A DNA stretch of 41,767 bases from the NCBI GenBank assembly GCA_023150835.1, contig JAKLKB010000053.1, positions 1 to 41,767 of the forward strand. Reading direction: 5' to 3'. Source of the DNA: Myxococcota bacterium. GTDB lineage: Bacteria > Myxococcota_C > UBA6777. Every line of letters starts with the position of its first letter. Position 1 is the stretch's first letter. The position numbers and the translations under genes are program-made. Below the pieces are notes generated by a model. That model did not search any database and was not told the origin of the DNA. It saw only the letters and a program-made list of their open reading frames with translations. This document shows positions 8,454-16,795 of the stretch, piece by piece.

Positions 8454-10661
8454 ATGTTGTACTATTGCGATGACGAATCCCTCCTTTGGTCCGATGCTTT
8501 CGGCATCAGTCGCCTTGCCTCTTCGCGGATCAAAACCCTCCCCCAAGGCAGCGCTCACCCGATGTCCACCCTATCACTCGATCAGCGCGCAACCACCGCG
8601 ATGTTGTACGATGCCGCCCGCGAAGAAGCCTGCTTCTACAGCATCCCTGACCTCGAACGAACGAAACGCCTTACGAACCTCCGCCGATGCCTCGAACTTT
8701 CCTATCCCACCGAACGCACCGCGATCTTTCTTCATCCCCAAGGCAACGCCCTGATCGTCTGGCAAGATGCACCCTACAACGAAGACGGATTGATGGGCCT
8801 TTTGGCCTACAACGACGAAACCGATCAAGAAGCTTTCTATCCGCTCGATTTCTCCGCCATCCCCAGCGCGCCCGACACGACTGTCCCCTTGCACCTCGGC
8901 CCCACCGCCTCCCCGGACCTCTTGCAACAAGCTCCGCTTTGCCCGCCCTTTGCCATCGCCCAAGATGGTCGATTCATCGCCTATTCTCAGCGCGAACACC
9001 TCTTGTTTGGCGGTTTTTGGGCGACGGCTGGCGCTCCCCCCACCTTGCTTTGGAAACTCTCCTTGACCGTCCATCCACGCTCGCACGCACAGATCTTCAC
9101 AAACACCTCAGGAAACCTCTTCGCGCTCTATGACCAAAGCCGTTATCTGCTTCATCTTTTGCACGTCGATCACTACGGCACACACCGATCTCGCCAGCTT
9201 CCTGCACGCGGTCTTCCCGCCTTTTACGAACGCACCTTGGCCTACCAGCGCGATGTCGAAACCATCGTCCGCGTTGACCTCGACACCCAAGAGATCGAAG
9301 AATCCACCCTTCCTGCCGCCCTTGTCGGCGATGGACGTCTGTTTCTGGGCCCCGATCGCCTGTTCTTTTCTCCCCAACACGGCGAATCTCTCTACGAGAT
9401 CGGCCCCCAAAAACTGCGCATACGCCGCCTCCCCGAAACCGACAAACCTCTCCGCGATCTGTTTTTTTCCAAGATCCGCGAATACGAAACCATCGGACGC
9501 AGCGCTAGAATGGTCGTTTCTCTCGATCACTTCCAACGCAAAGAACGCAAAGACGGGCCTGCTGTCGTTTACAACCTCACCGCTTTTGGCGAAAGCGACC
9601 GACTCTTGAGCGCTTTTGCCTTCTATCACTTCCAACACAACGACCTCTCCGCCTTGGCCCAGACTCACGGCGTAATCGTCGAAGAAGGCAGCCAACAATG
9701 CTACGATAGCACCCCACATCCGCGCCTCGACACTCTCGAACAGACCTTCTCGCTCGAAGAACAGCACGAAGTTCTCCGCTTTGCCCAACGCCACGCCTTT
9801 GACCTGATCGCCTTCGCACCTTTTTTACGCGATCTCCATGATGCCCGACACGGCTACACTTCGATCGGCGCACATATCTCCTTACATCCATCGGGACTTC
9901 CGCTTTTCTCTCACCACGATCTTCTCACATGGTTCGATCTCTTTCACCAGATCGCTCTCTCCCAAACCGCCTCCCTATCGGCCTTTGAACGCTTTGCCAC
10001 CTCGCTTCTGCTCTCCTTTGAACAAGCCCTGCCCACCTTCCAAAAGGTCCTCGATCACGCCGAATCCTCCCGCATATCCGCAACCTTTGGACTGCTGCTT
10101 CGCCTCGCCTTCTCCGCATGGCAAGCCGATCTTTCCACGCTTCTGATCGCTCTCCTCCACTCCCGTCACTCCGCTCTTTGCGCCACTTGCTTGTTTGATA
10201 TCGCGGTCATGGCCTTGCGTTGCTCCCGCCTCTTCCCCGAAACCACCCAACCCCTCCACAAAGCTTTCCTCCAATGGCTCGAACACACCACCGATACCGA
10301 CGCCCGATGGAATGTCGAACAAGTCATCCAAGCCCCCGATATCCTCAAAAAACGACTCAAACTCCCCAAAGAACCCAAGCCCACCACAAAACCCCCATCA
10401 CCCAAACCCGCCACAAAAATCCCCTCTTCTAATCCCACCACAAAACCCCCATCGCCCAAACCCGCCACAAAAATCCCCTCTTCTAAGCCCGCCACAAAAA
10501 TCCCCTCTTCTAAGCCCACCACAAAAACCACCTCACCGAACCCCACGACAACAACACAAAAGCCCGCTCATTCGGAAAAAACCACACCCTCCAAACCCAC
10601 CGACAAACCCACCCCGCACAAACCCACCCCAAAGGCCCCTCCCCCTCAAGAAAAAGGTTGA
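8454..10661 (+). CDS. Hypothetical protein (beta-rich N-half, helical C-half, Lys/Pro/Thr-rich repeat tail)
   Basis: Long ORF with host-like codon bias. ATG 8454 is the likeliest start (ORF track starts at 8337). No family motif recognised. Confidence 0.7.
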   Translation: MLYYCDDESLLWSDAFGISRLASSRIKTLPQGSAHPMSTLSLDQRATTAMLYDAAREEACFYSIPDLERTKRLTNLRRCLELSYPTERTAIFLHPQGNALIVWQDAPYNEDGLMGLLAYNDETDQEAFYPLDFSAIPSAPDTTVPLHLGPTASPDLLQQAPLCPPFAIAQDGRFIAYSQREHLLFGGFWATAGAPPTLLWKLSLTVHPRSHAQIFTNTSGNLFALYDQSRYLLHLLHVDHYGTHRSRQLPARGLPAFYERTLAYQRDVETIVRVDLDTQEIEESTLPAALVGDGRLFLGPDRLFFSPQHGESLYEIGPQKLRIRRLPETDKPLRDLFFSKIREYETIGRSARMVVSLDHFQRKERKDGPAVVYNLTAFGESDRLLSAFAFYHFQHNDLSALAQTHGVIVEEGSQQCYDSTPHPRLDTLEQTFSLEEQHEVLRFAQRHAFDLIAFAPFLRDLHDARHGYTSIGAHISLHPSGLPLFSHHDLLTWFDLFHQIALSQTASLSAFERFATSLLLSFEQALPTFQKVLDHAESSRISATFGLLLRLAFSAWQADLSTLLIALLHSRHSALCATCLFDIAVMALRCSRLFPETTQPLHKAFLQWLEHTTDTDARWNVEQVIQAPDILKKRLKLPKEPKPTTKPPSPKPATKIPSSNPTTKPPSPKPATKIPSSKPATKIPSSKPTTKTTSPNPTTTTQKPAHSEKTTPSKPTDKPTPHKPTPKAPPPQEKG

Positions 10662-10734
10662 TCCACGCCCAACGCAGCGCTATCGTCCTTGCGGCGTTGC
10701 TTGTAGCACCTCAACACAAAGAAAGGGTACGCCG

Positions 10735-11316
10735 TTGCGCAAGTGGTTCGGCAAGATGTTACTCAAACTCGTGGGATGGAAGGCCGAAGGCACTCTCCCC
10801 GGTAAAAAGGTGATCCTGATCACCGCTCCTCATACAACCAACTGGGACTTTTTCTATATGATCCTGATGGCGATGTATTTTGATATCCAGATCTCTTGGA
10901 TGGGAAAACACACGCTGTTTCGCTTCCCTTACGGCTGGTTTATGCGCTGGATGGGGGGGATTCCCATCGACCGCCGCGCCAACCACAACATCGTCACCGC
11001 GACCGCCGAACAATTCAAAAAAACCGACGCTCTGATCCTCGGCATCCCCGCCGAAGGCACCCGAAAATATGTCGATTATTGGAAATCTGGCTTTTACTTC
11101 ATCGCCAAAGAAGCCCATGTCCCGATCGTCCTTGGATTCCTCGATTACGAAAAAAAGATCGGTGGCTTCGGCCCTTCTCTCATCCCCTCGGATGATCTTC
11201 GCGCTGACATGGACAAGATCCGCGCCTTTTACAAAGATATCAAAGGCAAATATCCCGAAAAGTTCGGACGCATCCGCCTCCGCGCCGAAGATGAAACCGA
11301 AACCAAATCTCAATAA
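10735..11316 (+). CDS. Lysophospholipid/1-acylglycerol-3-phosphate acyltransferase (PlsC family)
   Basis: HxxxxD motif (APHTTNWD), IPIDR, PAEGTRK and VPIV blocks. TTG start at 10735 after AAAGGG. The upstream part of ORF-track 10195 overlaps the previous gene and is spurious. Confidence 0.9.
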   Translation: MRKWFGKMLLKLVGWKAEGTLPGKKVILITAPHTTNWDFFYMILMAMYFDIQISWMGKHTLFRFPYGWFMRWMGGIPIDRRANHNIVTATAEQFKKTDALILGIPAEGTRKYVDYWKSGFYFIAKEAHVPIVLGFLDYEKKIGGFGPSLIPSDDLRADMDKIRAFYKDIKGKYPEKFGRIRLRAEDETETKSQ

Positions 11317-11325
11317 AATCCGATT

Positions 11326-12549
11326 CTAAGGAACGACAACATTATCTTGCGAAGCCTTGTTCCCGCTTCCCCCGCAAACATGCCCATAATCCGCCTCGGA
11401 CGAGCTATAACGCCCACCCCCGACCGTCGACCAACTCTTCATCGCTTTGTTGTCCCTGCCTCCTAAGATCACAGCAAAAGCGCCGTACGTCTGATTGGCT
11501 TCACCCCCGCAAACCGTCGAAAGAGCCGCGCTGGTCAGATTGTTTTCTCCGCCCAAGATGGTGGAGCGGTCCCCGACACTCTTGTTGCTTCGGCCTCCGC
11601 TCACATGGCTCATCGCCCCTCCGGCTTGATTTTGCCACCCGCCCCCGATATGGCTGCTCGGGCCTGACGCGATGTTCTCCGAACCACCCGAGACCGAAGC
11701 ATAATCCCCGTTGGCGATGTTGCTGCTGCCTCCGCTTACATGCCCGTAGTCTTTCGTCACTTTGTTTCGCTCCCCGCCGCTGATCTGCCCGTGCAGCCCG
11801 GGCGCCTCGATGGCATTTTTGAAACCACCGCTAATGTTTGCGTAATTTGCACGCGCTTCGTTGTACCTCCCTCCGCTTACACTCGAAGAACTACCGAGCG
11901 CCTTGTTCTCCGCTCCACCGCTCACATGCGCAACCGCCCCCTGTACAACGTTTTCTGTCCCGCCGCTCACACTTGCTGCCTCACCTTCGATCAGATGGAA
12001 GCTACCCCCTGACGCGCTCGCGTACGGCCCGACCAAACGACTGCCTTTTCCAGCCAACAAACCTCCATAACTCTCGTAACTCTGGCCGTCCCCAACCACC
12101 ACATTGTGCGATCCTTGCCCACCCACAGGCACAGGAACCCCATTTTTTTGAACGACTTCATTGTACCCAACAATCAGGTTTCCAAGACCATTTAATTCAG
12201 AAGATTTCCCTGTGCCGTTGACGATCTGTAGACTGGCTCCAGACAACGTCACCAGCTTCTTCTTTTCATCAACGCGCAAGTGTTGAAGAAAAGAGCGCAA
12301 CACCGCGATCTCTTGCTCTTTTAACCCATCCGATGGAGGTGTCGGACGATTGAACAAGCAGCGATACAACGCAGCATTTTCGCAATATCCCTTGCCTTCG
12401 GCATCTTTGACGCAAGCATGGCCGCGCACACAGTCCGAATCCGCAGCGCAGCGCGCACAAGGCGGCGGCTCCTCCACTCCACAGCCCCCCACGACACGAA
12501 TGAGGCCCAACACCAAAACCCACCACAGCACACCACGCTCCCACCGCAT
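11326..12549 (-). CDS. Lipoprotein with Cys-rich module and Gly-rich SGG beta-roll repeats (adhesin-head-like)
   Basis: AGGAG before ATG 12549. Hydrophobic stretch plus lipobox VVGG-C, a CxxCxxDxDCxxGxxC module, an NGLGNLIVGYNE block, then many ~14-aa xSVSGGxxNxAxG repeats. Confidence 0.75.
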   Translation of the reverse strand: MRWERGVLWWVLVLGLIRVVGGCGVEEPPPCARCAADSDCVRGHACVKDAEGKGYCENAALYRCLFNRPTPPSDGLKEQEIAVLRSFLQHLRVDEKKKLVTLSGASLQIVNGTGKSSELNGLGNLIVGYNEVVQKNGVPVPVGGQGSHNVVVGDGQSYESYGGLLAGKGSRLVGPYASASGGSFHLIEGEAASVSGGTENVVQGAVAHVSGGAENKALGSSSSVSGGRYNEARANYANISGGFKNAIEAPGLHGQISGGERNKVTKDYGHVSGGSSNIANGDYASVSGGSENIASGPSSHIGGGWQNQAGGAMSHVSGGRSNKSVGDRSTILGGENNLTSAALSTVCGGEANQTYGAFAVILGGRDNKAMKSWSTVGGGRYSSSEADYGHVCGGSGNKASQDNVVVP

Positions 12550-12738
12550 CCTTCCAAACTCCTTTGATGGCCTCGGCTCTCTCGCTTCGTTTGACCTCAC
12601 CAACCCGATCTCCGTATCCTCTGCGCCGCCCCTATCAGATGGGACTTACGCAGTTGCCAAAAAAAGCCGTGTTCGCGAACGCCCGAGCGACAGAGTCGTT
12701 GTTTTGAAAGACCTGTGATCTGTTCGCCAAATACGGGG

Positions 12739-14049
12739 TCAAGGGAGCCGCGCTCTATGGCGGGGCGTGGGGTGGAACCCCACTTGACTCGATATCGACG
12801 GAGTGTTCGCTTTCGTCAGGGAAACGGTGTCCTTTTGGGCGATAGCCGCGATCCCCAAACCAAGCGCAACCGCAGCGATCCCTCCCGAAACAACATACAG
12901 CGCACGACCGATATCTCTTGCCTGCAAGGCTTGTTCATAAGAGGCCCGCCATGTGGTCTCTTTGTAAGCGCTCTGCTTGGCGTCCTGCAACGTCGCCTGA
13001 CTCATCCCCCCCAGCAGGACTCCCCCCGCCAACGCCACAACAGCCACCCCCACCGTCACCCCCGAAGCCACCCACAGACCGCGTTTTAGACCACTCGCTT
13101 CTTGTGGAACCGTAGGCCGCTGTACCACCGAACGGATCGGCCTTTTGGCAGGAAGCCGCACAGCCACAGCACGCCGAAAAAGCTCTGACCAATCGCTCTG
13201 TCGGCGCTCTTGGCTTTCCGACAAAGACAGCCGTATCCATCTCTGCACCGCCGATCCGTCAGCAGCTTTCAGATGAACACGATAACATCCCGCAGGAAGC
13301 CACAATCGATCTTTCTTGACAAAAGACTCTTTTCGGACAAAAGCATAACCACAAGTCTGTAAATCGGCGAGCGGTGTTTTTTTGGATCGACACTGCCACA
13401 ACGCAGCGGGATAACGGGCCGCGCATCGAACTGTGGCTCCTTCGATCCGCACGTCCGCCCTTTCGATACGCACATCCGCCCTTTCGATACGCACATCCGC
13501 CCTTTCGATACGCACATCCGCCCTTTCGATACGCACATCCGCTCCCCTCGACGACGCCGCTTTTGTGGATCGCAACAACGGCCAAGGCAGATCACGGCTT
13601 GCATCCCGCAGCCGCTGGACTTCGGTGATGATCTGCTCTGATTCGAGGGCCGAACGGGCTTTGGGATCACGGCGGCGCAAAAAAGAGTCGTAAGCGAGAT
13701 AACTTGCGATCGCTTGTTGGCGCAACAGCAGCGCAGAAGAAGGGCATACCTTGCTCTGTGCTGCTTGGAAGGCCGCAAGCGCCTGAACTTTTGCAAGATT
13801 TTTGAGCTGATAGGGATCGTTGGTCGCCCGATACAACGCGCAAAAACAACGCTGCGCTCGCTGCCATCGCCCTTTTTGCTTGTGCTCCACACAAGCCGCA
13901 AAGCTGACAGCAGGCTGCGATGTCTGTGCCGAAGCAGCGCTCCAAACCCCGCTGCTTCGGCCTCCACAAAAAGCCACCAGCCCAAAAACGGCCCACCCCA
14001 CCCCACCCCGGCCCAACCTCCGAAAAAACCACAAAAACAGCGACCACAC
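12739..14049 (-). CDS. Exported TPR + PEGA-like protein with two C-terminal hydrophobic helices
   Basis: AAGGAG before GTG 14049 (ORF track starts at 14103). Signal peptide ending ASA-Q, TPR-like helices (GRWQRAQRCF...LKNLAKV...AIASYLAY), PEGA-like LWLPAGCYRVHL, and two Gly/Ala/Val-rich helices. This is the typical myxobacterial TPR-PEGA layout. Confidence 0.65.
   Translation of the reverse strand: MWSLFLWFFRRLGRGGVGWAVFGLVAFCGGRSSGVWSAASAQTSQPAVSFAACVEHKQKGRWQRAQRCFCALYRATNDPYQLKNLAKVQALAAFQAAQSKVCPSSALLLRQQAIASYLAYDSFLRRRDPKARSALESEQIITEVQRLRDASRDLPWPLLRSTKAASSRGADVRIERADVRIERADVRIERADVRIERADVRIEGATVRCAARYPAALWQCRSKKTPLADLQTCGYAFVRKESFVKKDRLWLPAGCYRVHLKAADGSAVQRWIRLSLSESQERRQSDWSELFRRAVAVRLPAKRPIRSVVQRPTVPQEASGLKRGLWVASGVTVGVAVVALAGGVLLGGMSQATLQDAKQSAYKETTWRASYEQALQARDIGRALYVVSGGIAAVALGLGIAAIAQKDTVSLTKANTPSISSQVGFHPTPRHRARLP
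13441..13541 (-). repeat. 21-bp in-frame tandem repeat, about 5 copies (ADVRIER)
   Basis: TTCGATACGCACATCCGCCCT repeats read directly. Confidence 0.9.
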
Positions 14050-14066
14050 GCACAGCTCCTTGGGTA

Positions 14067-15503
14067 TTACGGCCTTTTCTTTTGCAACGCCGACGCAAGA
14101 CAATAACTTGGGCCGCTCACCATCTCCTCATGCTTCTGCAAGGGACGCAGCCGCAACACGCTTGTACCAAGAGAAACACTCAAGGTACAGATCTCATAAG
14201 CCATCTTGGCTGTGCGATGAACCACCACCACTTCGATCAAGGGCCGATCATTGGGGATCTTGATCTGTGCGGAACCCACCGAAACTCCTGCGGGTACTCC
14301 GAGATCATGCGTACTCAGATAACCGACAGGCTGGATCTCTACCGTCCAAAAAGCCGCAGCATCGGCCTTTGCGTTAGGCGACGTGCGTTTCTTTCGTTTG
14401 TGTTTTTTCCAACGCGACCGATACTTCGGTGCTTTGAAAGAAACAGATCGAGGCGAGGACAAGTCTCGGACGAGACGAGGCTTGGAAGAAATATTGCGTG
14501 TAGAAGCAGGCTGCGGATCTGCCGAAGTGTTGCGTACAGAAGTAGGCTGCGGATCTGCCGAAGTGTTGCGGGCTGGGGCAGGTTGCGGATCTGCCGAAGT
14601 GTTGCGTGCAGGGGTGGGTTGCGGATGAGGAGAAGTGTTGCGTGCAGGGGTGGGTTGCGGATGAGGAGAAGTGCTGCGTGTGGAAGTAGGCGGTAGATCA
14701 GCGGAAGCTGAAATAGGGGAAGGAGACGAGCGGGAGTCGTGTGTGTGGAGAGAAGATGCCACCCGAGGAGGCGAGGAAGAGCGATACCACCCCACGCCCA
14801 CGGAAAGCAAAAGCAACGCGACGAAAGCAACGATCTGTAGGCGTGGTTTCGGCTCAAAGATGCGTTCGTTGCGCAAGGAAGAGACCAAAGCAGGCAGTTG
14901 GTTGATCTTCACAAACAAGATCAGCGGATGGTCGCCAACAGCGGGCGACTTGGAAGGTTCAAAGAATTCAACTTGTGCAACCGCCCCCAACGGACTTTCG
15001 AGGATCTTCTTGACCTTTTGCAACGAGACCGCAGGCAAGAGAAAAACTCCGGGTCTTCCGCTGCCTTGGTCGGTTTGGCAACGCTCCAAAAAAGCACGTA
15101 GTTTTTGGGGGAGAAAGTCAACCTCTTGGATGTGCGCGTGCTCTCCGTGCGGAGAGAGAGCCGCTGAAGCCCATAGCTGCTCGGTATTCAGCCAACGCGC
15201 ACGAAAGGGCTTTTTGGCGTGTGCCATCGCAAGGAAGGTCGCAAGATTGGCGGAAGCCCCGTTCCATCGGCGCGGATCGTCCACCCGTACAGATTGTGAA
15301 CTGCACGGATGCGCGATCCAACAAAGAGGCCCCGGCCAATGTTCGTGCGGAAACAACAACGCCCACGAATTGAGCGCATTGTCGACCGCAAAGCGATCGT
15401 GAGGAAGAGCTTCCGATACATCTTGTTCCCCGATGAAGACCTCGGCACATCCGAGGGATTCGCCGTCGCGTTGAGGTGAGACTACGGGGAAGAAGATCTG
15501 CAT
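14067..15503 (-). CDS. Membrane-anchored Lon-type (peptidase S16) protease-domain protein with Pro-rich linker and C-terminal beta domain
   Basis: NGASANLATFLA resembles Lon DGPSAG(I/L)A (Ser84). LWASAAL..G...IQEVDFLPQK resembles AMTGEI...G.V.PIGG..EK (Lys134). FLLP resembles Lon VIIP. One TM helix (IVAFVALLLLSVGVGWY), 39-bp repeats (PQPTPARNTS), basic tract and a beta-rich C-domain. No AAA+ module. Confidence 0.65.
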   Translation of the reverse strand: MQIFFPVVSPQRDGESLGCAEVFIGEQDVSEALPHDRFAVDNALNSWALLFPHEHWPGPLCWIAHPCSSQSVRVDDPRRWNGASANLATFLAMAHAKKPFRARWLNTEQLWASAALSPHGEHAHIQEVDFLPQKLRAFLERCQTDQGSGRPGVFLLPAVSLQKVKKILESPLGAVAQVEFFEPSKSPAVGDHPLILFVKINQLPALVSSLRNERIFEPKPRLQIVAFVALLLLSVGVGWYRSSSPPRVASSLHTHDSRSSPSPISASADLPPTSTRSTSPHPQPTPARNTSPHPQPTPARNTSADPQPAPARNTSADPQPTSVRNTSADPQPASTRNISSKPRLVRDLSSPRSVSFKAPKYRSRWKKHKRKKRTSPNAKADAAAFWTVEIQPVGYLSTHDLGVPAGVSVGSAQIKIPNDRPLIEVVVVHRTAKMAYEICTLSVSLGTSVLRLRPLQKHEEMVSGPSYCLASALQKKRP

Positions 15504-15508
15504 CCGCT

Positions 15509-16072
15509 TTAACCGGGGTAGACGACAAATTGAAAAGGCGAGGCAGCAGGATCAAAACCAAGTTCTTCTTGGGTCAAAAACAGATCGAACCCTTTTCGCT
15601 CGCCAGCAAGTTTGGTTAAGCAAGCGTATTCTTGGTTTTCATGAAGAAAAATAGCCAGCCACCAACCTTGTTCGTGGAAGGTGTCGGATTGCCACGAAAC
15701 CCGCAAAGATCCGATGGGATCGTCGTCTTCGCGGATCAGTCGCATCGAAAGTTGCACACAACCCAACCCACGCCGTCGAAAATCAAAGGTGTGCTGTGTT
15801 TCTTCAAACGCAGCATGGGCGAATTGAAGCTGCCACTGTTGAACCCAGTTCGGGAACACCGCAAACTCACGAAAAGCCTGTGCTTTGAGGCGAGCGATCT
15901 CTAGCGTAAACCGACGTTCCGCCTCAGGTCGCAACAAGCCCAGATTTCGGGCCTGTTCAAACACCGCGATGGCGGCTTCTTGGGCTTCTGCCGGAGATAT
16001 CTTCTCTTCCGAGTCCTTTTTGTCGCGCTCACGAAATCTCATCACCAGCGCGCTCCTCCTGTTCGTGTTCAT
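15509..16072 (-). CDS. Hypothetical two-domain protein (helical N-domain, AHAA linker, beta-sandwich C-domain); putative regulator partner
   Basis: Overlaps the upstream HTH gene and stops 5 nt before the protease gene. An alternative start is ATG 16042 with GAGGAG. Confidence 0.65.
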   Translation of the reverse strand: MNTNRRSALVMRFRERDKKDSEEKISPAEAQEAAIAVFEQARNLGLLRPEAERRFTLEIARLKAQAFREFAVFPNWVQQWQLQFAHAAFEETQHTFDFRRRGLGCVQLSMRLIREDDDPIGSLRVSWQSDTFHEQGWWLAIFLHENQEYACLTKLAGERKGFDLFLTQEELGFDPAASPFQFVVYPG

Positions 16073-16427
16073 CCACCGGCGTCAGTACAAAACGCATACG
16101 AAACCCCAAGATGTAGCAATAGGTCGCCATCAACTTGCGGTTGCAAGGGATCCCATTCTCCAAGCGCCAGAGAAAAGTTGTACTGAACGCCTCTTGGATC
16201 TCATGGGGCCGATCAGCCAATTCCATCAAAAAGTGGCTGAGTTCCGAAAGCTCACGGTGCGTCCAACCGACATCAGGGCGTTGGGACCAACAAACCATGC
16301 CTTCGCGTTCAACCAAAGAGCGGATCCGAGGATGTAGATCTCGCAGATTGTGACGGACCTCCGCCAACAACCGCCCAAGCAATACGTACGGGTCCACGCG
16401 CTTACCTCTCTCTATACCACGCGCCAT
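16029..16427 (-). CDS. XRE/Cro-C1 family helix-turn-helix protein with an insertion
   Basis: GWTHRELSELS...FSTTFLWRLENG..CNRKLMATYCYILG matches the XRE pattern GLTQ.ELA...S...ISRLENG..PS...L..IA.ALG. Likely start ATG 16427 (ORF track starts at 16547). Confidence 0.65.
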   Translation of the reverse strand: MARGIERGKRVDPYVLLGRLLAEVRHNLRDLHPRIRSLVEREGMVCWSQRPDVGWTHRELSELSHFLMELADRPHEIQEAFSTTFLWRLENGIPCNRKLMATYCYILGFRMRFVLTPVDEHEQEERAGDEIS

Positions 16428-16795
16428 CCTTGGCGCTGTTTCACTTTCTGAAAAACACCTCAGCCTATTTACCGCTGCGCTGCGATCGGTTCGTTGTTTC
16501 CGCGATATCGAAGATTCCTCTCGCGCCCCAAAAAAACCACCACACACAACAAAGGACGATCAACCCACAAACAACAACAAAGCAAACCATCTGCCCAACG
16601 CGCTGTCAAGGCGACCCCACGCCCCCCAGAACCTAACGAACGACCAGCGCTTCTCGCAAGTCGCTTGGTGAAACTCCCTTCGGTCGTTTTGCGCCGTTAT
16701 TTGCTTTTGTCAAGGCATCCCGCCCTGCCCAAACGCGACCTCTTCGGCCTACTCGACGGGCGCTCTCCATAAAATACATGGATTTGCAAACCGCA

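Noticed and set aside
10195-10734. N-terminal extension of the acyltransferase in the ORF track
   Set aside because: It overlaps the repeat tail of the preceding gene in another frame; recognisable PlsC-like sequence starts at about 10735.
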